Positions 49,601-61,500 of a stretch of 64,000 bases of DNA are shown piece by piece (the stretch's first letter is position 1; each line of letters opens with the position of its first letter). The DNA is from Antedon mediterranea (Eukaryota; Animalia; Echinodermata), in assembly GCF_964355755.1 (NCBI RefSeq), contig NC_092677.1, forward strand, positions 12,298,101-12,362,100, in the 5' to 3' direction. A program made the translations under genes and the position numbers. The notes beneath the pieces are model-generated. The model worked only from the letters and a program-made list of their open reading frames with translations. It had not been told where the DNA came from and searched no databases.

Positions 49601-52600
49601 ATTAAATTGAGCTATGTTTTTAAGTTCAATTTCTTTAGTTCTGTAGGTTGTACAGAAATGTTGTGTACCAAGGCTTGGAATGACCCTTTACAAATGTCAA
49701 GTGATAATGTGACCGCTTTCTTTCAAAATCTAATTTTTCAAAAATCTTTTTTTTTTGTATAGGAAAAATCAATAGCTGTCGGTCTTCTAAAAATCAATGG
49801 CAAACGTGTCAAACATGGCAGGACTTTATGGAACAATGAACTTCTAACTTCACGTGTCCACCGCCATGAGCCGCCAGTGTCTGGTGAACCAATCAGAATC
49901 ATTCACAGTGATGATGATGTAGTGGTTGTTGATAAGCCAGCATCCATTCCGGTAGGTAGAAACATGGTATTAGGAGCTTACGCTTTGTGTTTCTCAGTGT
50001 TGAAATCAAAGTCTAATATAATGATACAGTACCAGTAATTTTTAAAGTTAACTTTTAAACAAGTGTATAAAAGCTCTGTCTACACTATCAAACTTTATGT
50101 GACAACAAAAATGTGATGTGCCATATATGGACATTATCACTACCATATTTAAGCATATCACTACCATATTTGGGCACATCACACTATTTTTGCTTAAGAC
50201 TGCCTTTTCCTTGTTGTATCGTAAGATTTAGTATTCTTTGTTTATCTTTAGGTTCATCCCTGTGGAAAGTATAGGCACAATACACTAGTCTTCATCCTTG
50301 GCAAGGAATATGGCTTTACAGGCCTACACAGTAAGTACACCTTGTAATAGCTAGTTTACATGCTTGCTTGGTAATCATAATGTCTCTTAAATCTTTCCTC
50401 AGTATATGACACATGCATGAACAACGAATTCTTTATGCAATTAAATGTAATTTCTTGTTTTTTAAATTGAATTTTATTTCTGTCTTTAGCTATTCACCGG
50501 CTGGATAGACTAACATCCGGTTTGCTGATTTTTGCAAGGTGAGTGATCATTGCGTTGACAAAAAGGGTACTTCATCTTGGTATCTACACCTCTATACTAT
50601 ACTAATACCTCTAAAGTAATGCGTATTGTAATAGTAGTCTTCCATTCAGTCAAGTCATTAAGTAATTGCGCTGAAATTGATCTGAAAGACCTGCCAGTTG
50701 CAAGGGTGGATCAAGTGGTTACCCGCGGTTGTGGCGGTACTGTATTTGCATTTCCTATGTTGATTCATTATTGGTTTATACATTTATTGGGATTTTAATC
50801 CTCTTTTTTACCTTTTTTAGAACAGCAGAGGTGTCAAAGAAATTGGATGCCTATGTGCGAGATAGAGAAGTAGAAAAAAAATACTTATGCAAGGTTAAAG
50901 GTCAATTTCCAAGGTAATGTATGTAATAATGCATTAGGTATTTTTAGTAAAAAGCAGCAGGCTACTTTTACTTTTGATACGTTTTAGACACCCCTATTTA
51001 GGAACACTTTATAGGGTCATGAAGGTGTCCCCTTAATATAAGTTCTACTAAAACTGTAATTGTGTTTTTCAGTGATCCTATCATTTGTGAAGAACCAATA
51101 CAAGTCGTTTCACACAAGATTGGCGTATGTCGAGTTAGTCCACAGGGGAAAACATGTAAGACGACGTTCCAAAGTCTAAGTTATGATGGCGAGACAAGCA
51201 TTGTACAATGTAAGAATTGGTAATTATTATATTTGATATATACATATTCCATTGTTCCGGACATGGAAATTATTATATTTGATATATACATATTCCATTG
51301 TTCCGGACATGGAAATTATTATATTTGATATATACATTTTCCATTGTTCCGGACATGGAAATTATTATATTTGATATATACATTTTCCATTGTTCCGGAC
51401 ATGGAAATTATTATATTTGATATATACATATTTCATTGTTCCGGACATGGAAATTATTATATTTGATATGCAATACACTCTTGTATTAAATTAAACTAAT
51501 GGTTGGAATTTGTTTACAGGTGTACCACATACAGGTAGGATGCATCAAATCCGAGTCCATCTGCAGTATTTGGGATACCCTATCACTAACGACCCTCTGT
51601 ACAACAACCCTGTATGGGGTACAGAATTTGGCAAACATGATTCAGCCACACGTATTACAGATGAAGAGGTGAGTCCTTTTATTTTATCCAACAGATTTGC
51701 ACTTACAAACCTGGAGTTGAAATTTAAATTTATGGATGTTCACTAAATTATTTGTTAACATACAGTTTAGCCTCTTTAAGGGATACCTCTAAGACCGAAA
51801 GGTGTTTCTCCCAAAGCACTACTATAATTGAATTGTATATAATCCTTTATTTTAGTTGATTCAGAGGCTCTTGGTACAACGGGATGAGGAACTGTTAGAA
51901 AGATTAGTAGAGGATAATCACCAATCTTTCCTTGATCCAGACGAAAAAGATAATGTAAAAGGTTTGCGAAAGAGGACAGATGAAACTGAAAGAGATGAAA
52001 GTAATGAAACTTTACCAAAGAAGTTTAAATCTTATGAAAGTGTTCAGGACAACAAAGAAAGTGATAATATGGAGATTATAAAGATTAAAGAGATTATTTC
52101 TGAAGAAAGAGACTATTCAACAAACTCAAATTTGTCAAATATAGAAACAACTAAAATTAAGGTTGACAATTCTGAAATAATTGATTTTAATAAAGTTCAA
52201 TGTTATCAGGAGATTAAGGGGATTGAAGGTTCAGAAGGGATTAAAAGTTCAGAAGGGATTAAAAGTTCAGAAGGGATTGATTGTAAAGCTGAATCCTCTA
52301 TAGATATCCCAGAAACATCCACATCTTCCTTTAATCTTACACAGCAGATTAAGTGTGATGAGGTTATTAAGGAAGCAGAATGTGGGGATACTAAAAGTGG
52401 GATTAACTTGATTAGCACAACATCTGAAAAGATTATCTCTGAAAGTAAAGATACTGCGTCTACAGTTGATGGATCAGATTGTGTTTCAGAGAAAGCTGAT
52501 GGATGTGATGCTTTTTTACCACCAGAGGTTGCAATGTTGAGGGATGGGGAAACGGAGGAGGATAGATTGAACCGGATTGTTATGACACTTTGTAGAGATT

Positions 52601-52876
52601 GTAAGGTGAAATACAGAGATCCTATAGATAGTGAGTTGAGAATCTATCTACATGCCCTAAGATACAAGGTAAGATCATATTATCTACTTAGCAATATTTC
52701 ACATTTTGTATGGGTCGAACCTCTTGTTACGTTTTAAAGGATAGTACTGTATCTAATAAATATTGTTATAGTGGTGTTAACATTTTTTATTATATTTGCA
52801 GGGACCAGATTTCGATTACAGTACAGAAGTTCCAAGTTGGGCACAAGAACATCTTGATAGATGTCAAAATAAATGA
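43606..52876 (+). CDS. RPUSD2: RluA-family RNA pseudouridine synthase (RPUSD2-like), 11 exons, ~674 aa
   Basis: Phase-consistent exons 43606-43842, 49089-49170, 49423-49544, 49763-49951, 50252-50330, 50490-50538, 50821-50913, 51073-51209, 51520-51668, 51856-52668, 52802-52876. Motifs [38 protein letters not shown], catalytic [35 protein letters not shown]...[18 protein letters not shown]. The start codon is uncertain (43606 or 43762). Confidence 0.92.
44154..44446. mobile_element. pogo-like MITE, TA target duplication
   Basis: TIR CTGTAAATTCTCGCATT / AATGCGAGAATTTATGG with TA on both sides. Confidence 0.65.
44707..47415 (+). CDS. Nested PHD-finger + vertnin-type OTU-like + transposase-like protein; 3 exons inside RPUSD2 intron 1, ~612 aa with the shared exon 43606-43842
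   Basis: Exons 44707-45588 (phase 0/0), 46024-46108 (0/1) and 46781-47415 join into one open frame. PHD C..C...C..C...H..C...C..C; OTU-like [40 protein letters not shown]; last exon FRRYYATHK...FKKKIS...SVIEYVG resembles N-terminal regions of invertebrate DNA transposases (from memory, unverified). Confidence 0.8.
46307..46457. mobile_element. Harbinger-like MITE family A
   Basis: AGCTCTGTC ... TTTGATAGTGTAGACAGAGCT with family core. Confidence 0.8.
46620..46710 (+). mobile_element. SINE central-domain remnant (CORE/Meta-like)
   Basis: GACCTTGGGCAAGATACTTTACCCTC followed by CGTCCTTCGGATGACACATAAAGCTG. Confidence 0.45.
48656..48972. mobile_element. Tandem dimer of the hAT MITE family
   Basis: Two head-to-tail copies of GCTCACTGGCTAAA..AGGGGCC...CTAAACCAG, ending GTTATACCACTG. 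Confidence 0.7.
50072..50190. mobile_element. Harbinger-like MITE family A (3'-truncated)
   Basis: AGCTCTGTCTACACTATCAAACTTTATGTGAC... family core. Confidence 0.78.
51222..51469. repeat. Minisatellite, 46-bp unit x ~5.4, RPUSD2 intron 8
   Basis: AATTATTATATTTGATATATACATWTTCCATTGTTCCGGACATGGA repeated. Confidence 0.95.
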
Positions 52877-53964
52877 AACTATGTTCTCGAATATAGGCCT
52901 ACATCAAATCATTAAATTCAAAATAGAAAACGTATGTTTTTGTTGGCTGATTCATTCGTATCAAAATGGCTAATATGTAAATCTTGAAGCAATCAAATCA
53001 TAGAAAATTGTGTATCCAGTATTTTGGGAGGCAGGGCATAGGATCAGTATTTGTTTCACTATAAAACAAGTAATATTACAAAAAACGCCGCTCATCTCAC
53101 GATACCTACCGTCTCCACATGCATCTCAATATTCATCATTTCTCATTTTCCCCAGACGTACTTTGTGGTGTGCGCATGCTCAGTCCTTGTTTCCAAATAC
53201 CAATTTTTTTCAGCCGTAGTAAACTATAAGCTACCGCATGGTAACTGTTTCCTAATGTTTCCGTTCTCTTGAATATAACTGCCTAAAGGAGTGGCGCAAA
53301 TATAATATAAAAATACGACATTTTCTTTTAGCTTTGGGTTGACCTTTCCCCCTGATGATGGGAGGAGGAGCACTAAGTGACACCTCTATAAGTTCCTCAA
53401 ATGTCCGTGCCTTTTCCGCATTTTTGTTTCAGATTCGCTTCGGCAACTTTCTATTTTATCTTTTATGAAGATAAATGAATATCGTAAGGATTCGGTATCA
53501 ACACGAGTATTCTAGTGCCTACTACTATTATCTCAATGGCCTGTGTAGATACAAAGATGTAAGCAGCTCACAAACAAGATTAATATGCATAATTAAAACA
53601 GGCTATTTATAGTTTATTGACTTGGCTTTATGTGTTTAGCAATCACCCGTCGTTATATCAAATTCTTTTATTTAATAAAGAAACATTGCTAATGTACCGC
53701 GTGTGATTAGCGTGTAACCTTCGGGCGACATGCGGGCTCTTCTTTTATAACATAATACCACAATGGTAACAAGTCGACAATCCAAGCTTCTTTCCTCGGA
53801 AAATACAGTATACCGGTACCTACTATTTCGGTTGTTGTGAGTAATACTGCTAAATAAAAAATGGACTTTGTTCTTTACTAGTTTCGCAATAGTAGCCTAT
53901 TGTGAAATGTTTATATTATACTATCTCCGGTTGCAGTAAGAACCATTCCAGTCGAACTTCCAAG

Positions 53965-55152
53965 ATGTCGAAAACCGTTCAAGATCAAGCCATTTCTTTT
54001 GCTAAAGATTTAGCGGCAGGGGGAATTGCTGCTGCTATATCAAAGACAGTGGTAGCACCCATTGAGAGAGTAAAGCTTCTTCTACAGGTAATTGCATTAT
54101 AATATGACCTGAAATGTCGTATATGGGTATATGAATTGACAGTTTATTTATAGAACTATTACAGTGTAGGCCTAGATATATACTACGTTAACGTTAGTAA
54201 ATTAGTGAATTATAAATTGGAAAAGCATAATGAATTCTGGGGACTACAACATGTGTTGTACTGTATACGATACAATATCCACCGCCGATTCTACATCATC
54301 AAAATCATCTTCTCTCCTTAAAAACTATTACCGTACTGTAGTATACAAAAACATATTATTTATGTTACTTGTTTTTAGCTTCAAGCGGCCTCAAAGCAAA
54401 TTGCTGCTGACCAACAATACAAAGGCATCGTCGATTGTTTTTCACGTGTTACTAAAGAGCAAGGATTTTTCTCATTATGGAGAGGTAACCTGACAAACGT
54501 CATCAGATACTTTCCAACACAAGCTCTCAATTTCGCCTTCAAAGACAAATACAAGCAGATTTTCCTTGGAGGTGTTGATAAGAACAAGCAATTCTTTAAG
54601 TTTTTCTTGGGTAACTTGGCCTCCGGTGGAGCAGCCGGTGGCACCTCTCTTGTTTTTGTATACCCATTGGACTTTGCTCGTACTCGTTTGGCAACCGACG
54701 TGGGAAAAGGGTCTGCCCGTCAATTCACCGGATTGGGAAACTGCCTTGCTTCAATTTACAGATCTGATGGATACTTGGGTCTTTACAGAGGCTTCTTTAC
54801 GTCTTTACAAGGCATCATTATCTACCGTGCAGCTTTCTTCGGGTTGTATGATACGGCTAAAGGATCTATTCCGTACAAGGTCAACATATTTTACTCGTGG
54901 GTCATCGCTCAATCTGTTGCCACGGCTTCAGGAATCATCTCGTATCCATTTGATACCGTCAGACGTCGTATGATGATGCAGTCTGGCCGCAAAGATAAAA
55001 TGTACAAGAATACATTGGATTGCTGGAAGAAGATTGCTCAACAAGAAGGCTCAACAGCTTTCTTTAAGGGTGCTTTTACTAACCTGATGCGTAGTACTGG
55101 AGGTGCGATTGTATTGGTCCTTTACGATGAAATCAAAGCTCTTATAGTTTAG
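53965..55152 (+). CDS. ANT: Mitochondrial ADP/ATP carrier (SLC25A4/5/6/31 family), 2 coding exons, 298 aa
   Basis: Exons 53965-54087 and 54379-55152, phase 0. [56 protein letters not shown] signature. Probable 5' UTR intron 53484-53936. Confidence 0.96.
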
Positions 55153-56221
55153 GGCAACACCGTAAACTCTCGGACAAGTCTTTCATGTTTGTTTGTTTAT
55201 GTTGAATTGAATATTATATATTCGTTATAATTGGCATGATATCATGCTGCGATAGTGTTTTACTTTAAAATGTATGTACACACGACATAGCGGCTTTAAC
55301 CCGGAGTGGGGGAGATGCATGATAACGAAAATACCAATGCCTTGTTGCTGAACATTTAAAGAGTTTTACTTCTGTCGGTTGCCAGAAAATGAGATCTTAC
55401 TTATTAAAAACCATTTGAATAAAAAAGAAGGGGAAGAGTGTTTTCCTCACCTTGAACTATAAATGACTATTAAATGTGTTAGCACAAAAGGAACCCGAAA
55501 TTGTGCTATAGAACTGTATGTCTATTACTATTGAATAAAGATTTACTGTTGAATAACAGCATGTGTAAATAAAAATGAATGTTTTATAAATTATATATTC
55601 ATTTCAATGCCAGTATGTCCTATTTTATAGAACCGTCAGTAAAAAATATTCTTTCCATTTAAAACATTATCATTATTTATGTTAATTTTAGTTTATTGTA
55701 ATCATTTTCTTTATTTGTAAACAAACCACGGGTTGAACCTTGTATTATCAGACCATAAGCCACTCCATTTTTATTTAATGAATATAAACAAAACACAGAT
55801 GGGCCTAATATGATAATAAATAACCATAAAGTTATTAAAGATCCAACAATAAAAGGTGCTCAAAATAAAGATAAATATGCATAATATAATAAATAAGTAA
55901 TTTGTGTATATTTAATGGCTTCTGTCAACCGGATTTTACCCAGTAGGCCTACGTCTGTGTTAGTCCAAGTTAGATTACATCAACAGTACTGGTTATTTAA
56001 GCGCCTTTGCCATTTGTCGTGAAATTTGTTTTAACATTGAACAGCAAAAGGTAACAAGTCGAAAATTCAAGCCTTGTACTTCCACAAAAAAGTCATCAAA
56101 CCTACTAATACCGCTAAACTTGTTATTCTTACTGGTTCTGCAGTAGTATTGAGAAATATAAGTGGACGTTAAAACTTGAGGTGCAGTTATATTAACTATT
56201 CGAGTAGGCCTACACCACGAG

Positions 56222-57307
56222 ATGTCGACAACAGTACAAGACCAGGCAGTTTCTTTTGCGAAAGATTCGGTGGCAGGAGGAATTGCTGCCGCTATATCAA
56301 AGACGGTGATAGCACCTATTGATAGAGTTAAGCTTCTTCTGCAGGTAATTACAGATTGGAAACTGACATTTTGAATATTTATAATTATTGATATTTAATA
56401 GTTTAGTCAGTAAACGGATTCGAACATTTTACCCGTTAGTAAAGTAACGGATCCAACATTGTGAAATAAGTTCAAATTTCCCTAAGATGGTGCGTATTGT
56501 TAATTACTCATATTGTATATTTTATTTTTAGCTTCAGGCGGCCTCAGAGCAAATTGCCACCAACCAACAATACAAAGGTATCGTCGATTGTTTTTCACGT
56601 GTTACTAAGGATCAAGGGTTTTTCTCATTATATGGAGAGGTAACCTGACAAACGTCATCAGATACTTCCCAACACAAGCTCTCAATTTCGCCTTCAAAGA
56701 CAAATACAAGCAGATTTTCATTGGAGGTGTTGATAAGAATAAGCAATTCTTTAAGTTTTTTTTGGGTAACTTGGCCTCTGGTGGAGCAGCTGGTGGTACA
56801 TCTCTAGTTTTTGTATACCCATTGGACTTTGCTCGTACTCGTTTAGCAACCGATGTCGGAAAAGAGTCTGGCCGTCAATTCACCGGATTGGGAAACTGCC
56901 TTGCTTCAATTTACAGATCCGATGGATACTTGGGTCTTTACAGAGGTTTTTCTGCGTCTTTTCAATGCATGATTATCTACCGTGCAGCTTACTTTGGATT
57001 GTATGATACGGCTAAAGGAGCTATTCCGTATAAGGGTAACATCTTTAACAAATGGATCATCGCTCAATCTACCGTCATTACTTCAGGAATCATGGCGTAC
57101 CCCTTCGACACGGTTCGACGTCGTATGATGATGCAGTCTGGTCGCAAAGATAAAATGTACAAGAATACATTGCATTGCTGGAAGAAGACTGCTCAACAAG
57201 AAGGCTCAACAGCTTTCTATAAAGGTGCATTTACCAACATTATGCGCAGTACTGGAGGTGCGATTGTATTGGTCCTTTAAGATGAAATCAAAGCTCTTAT
57301 AGTTTAA
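56222..57307 (+). pseudogene. ANT: Tandem ADP/ATP carrier duplicate, pseudogenised
   Basis: Exons 56222-56344 and 56532-57307 with the same intron position; 2-bp TA insertion at ~56631 (CTCATTATATGG vs CTCATTATGG) shifts the frame, and TAC>TAA at 57278-57280 truncates the last 9 codons. Confidence 0.88.
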
Positions 57308-58250
57308 GACCGAGTACTGTACATACAAATAATCCAATGGATAGTCTAAGTTCAGGAAATAACAGGATTATACAACCAACCTTTGTGGGGAGTGGTGCTA
57401 CCATATACTCTGAAATGTTCCATAAAGGCACCATAGGAGTTTCATACAACTTTTAAGTTTTTAAGTTTTTTTAAAAAGTCTTTGGGAGGAAAGTTCGAAA
57501 ACTTAAATCGAAGAGGCTTTTGAAAGAAATTTCGTTATTGGGTAGATAATATTGTTCATTTTATATATATATATATATACAGTAGGCCTATAGGCCTATA
57601 CGGTATAAAATACATCATCAAAATCCATGGTTTAATGTAAAAGGTCTAATTTAGACAGTCAGACAGTAGGAAATGGATAATTATGAGAGCCTGTGTAAGG
57701 TATGAGCCACACCGTCCCGAGCGAGGCCCGGCCACGTTAGAGGAAGACTAAATCATCTCACGCGCCTGGCTCACACAGCACGTGACGCACACGACAGCTT
57801 CAGTCAAAATTACATTTATAGCGATTTAGCTTGAGCCCGGGCTTGAGCCTTGATGTTGAACATCCTATTAATGCATACTTCATAATTTATTATTCATAAC
57901 TGTATTTCGTATTCTATGGAAATAATAATTGAATACAGTAGTATTAAATTTATCAGACGTTTTTATGGGTAAAATTTGAATTTTGTCTAGCGCCATCTAT
58001 ATTTCATAAAAAGTTAAAAAACTTGAATTTCGTCAAATAACTTTCTTTCATTTTTAAATAATCAACAAAATATCTAATAACGGAATTATTTAATTAACTT
58101 TGTTTTCCAAGCTAATGACTTATTTAAATTATAAATTATAATTATTATAGAGTCTAGACATCACCGCAGCATTCATTGGCATTTTATTTCATTCATCTCA
58201 CCAGATTATCTGTACTGTATGCCTATTGCCATATAATATTATTATATGTC

Positions 58251-58511
58251 CAGTATCATAGGGAAATTCTGTAATACACTGTCACATGTATCACATATAT
58301 ATTATGCAAAGTTAGGCTTATGACCTATGATACAGTTAACATGTGATACACATGATAACTTTGTATAATATATTCAATTTTTTTTATTCAATTTTTTATA
58401 AATTGAATAAAAAAAATTGAATATATTATGCAAAGTTAGGCTTATGACCTATGATACAGTTGACATGTGATACATATGGATACTGTATTACAAAATTTGC
58501 ATATGATACTG
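58251..58511. mobile_element. Foldback/MITE-like element with internal palindrome and duplication
   Basis: Outer IR CAGTATCATA..AAATTCTGTAATACA / TGTATTACAAAATTT..TATGATACTG; inner IR ATAATATATTCAATTTTTTTTATTCAATT / AATTGAATAAAAAAAATTGAATATATTAT; ~55-bp segment duplicated (~58297 and ~58421). Confidence 0.65.
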
Positions 58512-61500
58512 AGACAAAGATCAAGAATCATGTAATAATAATAGAGAGTAGATTTTAGGTATTATTTTGATGTTGTTTTTTTTATATAGCCAATAAAAAA
58601 CAGAAAAAGGTGTAGAAAATCTTGGACACAATCCAAAATAATATTATTTAATTTATTTAAACTTTGTCACCATTGTGACCTAGCTAAGTTCATTTAGTTC
58701 CAAACGAGTAATAATTGTGATTTATGTTGTACAATACATGTGGTCTGGCGCTCAAACTGCCACCTGTCCTCAATAGGTCTACAATAATTTTTTGTTATAT
58801 ACGACTGAATGAAAAACAACAAAGGACATGTGTATTGCATGTATGTGGATGTCAAAGTGTTGGATTGGGTGTTGTGAAAAATGTAGGACTGTTTACAACA
58901 TGTATGTTTCTGCTAGATTCCAATAACCAGTTCTATTTTAAAGGTTATATAACACTTTTCCTATGAAAGAAATGAGGGGAAATTTATTATGTTTAAAATT
59001 AAGGTCAACCATAAATTATTCAGTGAGCATTCCTATTTTTGAAGATACTTTCCCATGGAAATATTGAGGGGTATTGCAATTAAGAGGTCACTTTCCTATG
59101 ACTTGAACCCCTATTCTGGACACTCTAAATTTCCTGTGAATGAATGAGAGACATATTTAACATGGAGAGACCCCTATATTAAACAGGCACTTTGTTGGGT
59201 CACAAGTATTATATTACTATTTTATCAATTGAATTTGTGTTAGCCTTGTTTTAATATTTGATGACTAATCAATAATAGCACTAAGCAGAATATAGTCCGA
59301 TAAAAAGAACATATTTGACACGTTCAAATTGTTTAGTAATTGTAAATCTTACATGAATTATTAATATCAACCCCAAAATCTTAAATTGTCTTGCATGTAA
59401 TTTTATCCAAGGTAAACAATTCCCTATAAAGCAGCAAAGTTTAACCTTTCATTTCAGTATATAGGTTAAAATCTAATGCCAGTATAAAGCAAATATGTTT
59501 TGTTTGATTTAGATTTCCACTCACAAATTCACAAAAGGGTTTTGACAGGTCTTGGAATCAGTTGTGGAGGCCATATCCAATTGTGAAGAGACCAAGACAC
59601 AAGAGTGGCCCTCTAAGGTATTCAACGTTCATAGATACTATAATAGAGGGAACAGTGCCAAGTGACATACCACTGACTTCATTAAAGCTATAAACAAAAT
59701 GTCATAGTATTAAATTAAGGTAATAAAATTGATAGAATTTAATTGAAATTCCACAAGAGATTTCACATGTAAAATTATATTATTATTTAACCTTCGATTA
59801 TAAATATAATCCTCTGTTTGTCTAATGTCCGACCCTTTATCATTCAATTAATATAATCTTGGGAGAATACTAATTTTAGGGTGAAATTCTTTAAATAGAT
59901 CAAAGTCATGAGAAAATCAAAAGAACCCCCCTCTAGGGAGGGGCTGAATGCTGTAATTGTGACCCTACTACTAAATGTCACAACTAAAACCTTAATTAGG
60001 TTAGGGTTTTAACTTATGTGAAAATACTGTACACAAATGAACATTGATTATTGCATATTTTCTATATTGTTTAAACTTTGGTCCTTCTGACGTCTTGCCA
60101 TTTATTTGGGACTACGGTATTGTTGGAAATAATGCTATTTATTATACAATTTTGCCTATAAGTATCACATTTGCCTATTTAAAATAGTATATCAAAATCT
60201 TTTGACATTATAAGGCCTAGTTTTTTTTTGCAGGTTATTAAAATTTAGGCCTACGTGCGTCAAAGAACTGCTCATAAAGGTGGTCTAAAAATGAAATAAG
60301 ACTGAGGGGAGAAGTATAGTTCTTTAACCCTGATTTTCAAAGAATTAATACGACCTTTGACCTGAGTCCATCACATATCATGTGTCACCTGTTGACGTTG
60401 GTATTTCATAAATGATTGTTTTTATTATTTGAATTTATGTTGTTATTTACATCTTGGAATAATAGTAAATGCCAATACCACCATGATCAACATTTTTTTT
60501 TTAATGTATATAGTGTATTGTGTAGGCGAGTTTCTTGTTTGGAAATTTGCCCAAAATAAAAATGAAAGCACTCAAGCACTCAGAAACTGAGTGAAGTACT
60601 TGAAAAAATATTGCTATAGAGGCTGGTGCGCATGTTGATATTTCGGCCCATGCTAAAAGAAGACAAATTTTCCTTTTTTGTTAATTTATATTATATTCAG
60701 TAGTTATCAATGAATCGATTTTCTTTTACCGAATTTCAATAGGCATGTTCTGTATGCATATACGTATTTACACTAAATTCAGATTGATAATTTGAAAATT
60801 AGGCGCTCAGATCGTGCTAAAAATAAACAAACATACCGAAGCAAGTACTATACTTGCCAAAATTCTATTTTGTCAAGTACAATAATTACAGAAATGAGAT
60901 AGGAACAAATTCATGGATCAAAATGTATAGGTTCCTATAAAAAAAAAAGGCCGGTACTTAACCTATGTCATAAGGACCTTAAGGGCATCTGAGTTTAAGG
61001 TTGTGAGAATACATTCCTTACCCCCAATTTTAATCATTTTATTTATAGTACATTTAATAAGCTTAAATAGGCCAATGGTATACCCAAGAGACAAAAACTG
61101 CATATGGGATTTAAGGTTCAAGAAATCAGGATAATATTAATAGGAAACAGAGTAGAGAAAAATATTTAATGACAATTAAATAAAGAATTAATACCTACAT
61201 CTATCACATTGTATGAAAATTAGGGAAAAGAAAATACATTTTGTACGCGTTTGTTTTTTAAGGATTTTGTATTTCCACCATCCTTCTATTATTAGTAAAA
61301 TCTGTGTGATTTTTATTTGTTTTTCTGTACATTCCATTTGTTCATGGATGCATCAACAGCATGGATGAGTGCCACTAACATTAAAGTGTTATTTATTGGT
61401 GACATTGAATAAATGTATATATCTGTAAATAATTGAAATGAAAGAATATTTTATCATGCAATAACATTGCTTTTTGCATAAAAAGTATTATGCATAAATT

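Noticed and set aside
51222-51469. CRISPR-like array (also 63830-63910)
   Set aside because: Head-to-tail repeats with no unique spacers, eukaryotic context, no cas genes: minisatellites.
11224-54973. Antisense and alternate-frame ORFs overlapping real exons (11224-11529, 16491-16922, 44892-45185, 52206-52418, 54381-54973)
   Set aside because: Shadows of genuine coding exons with no independent motifs or splice support.
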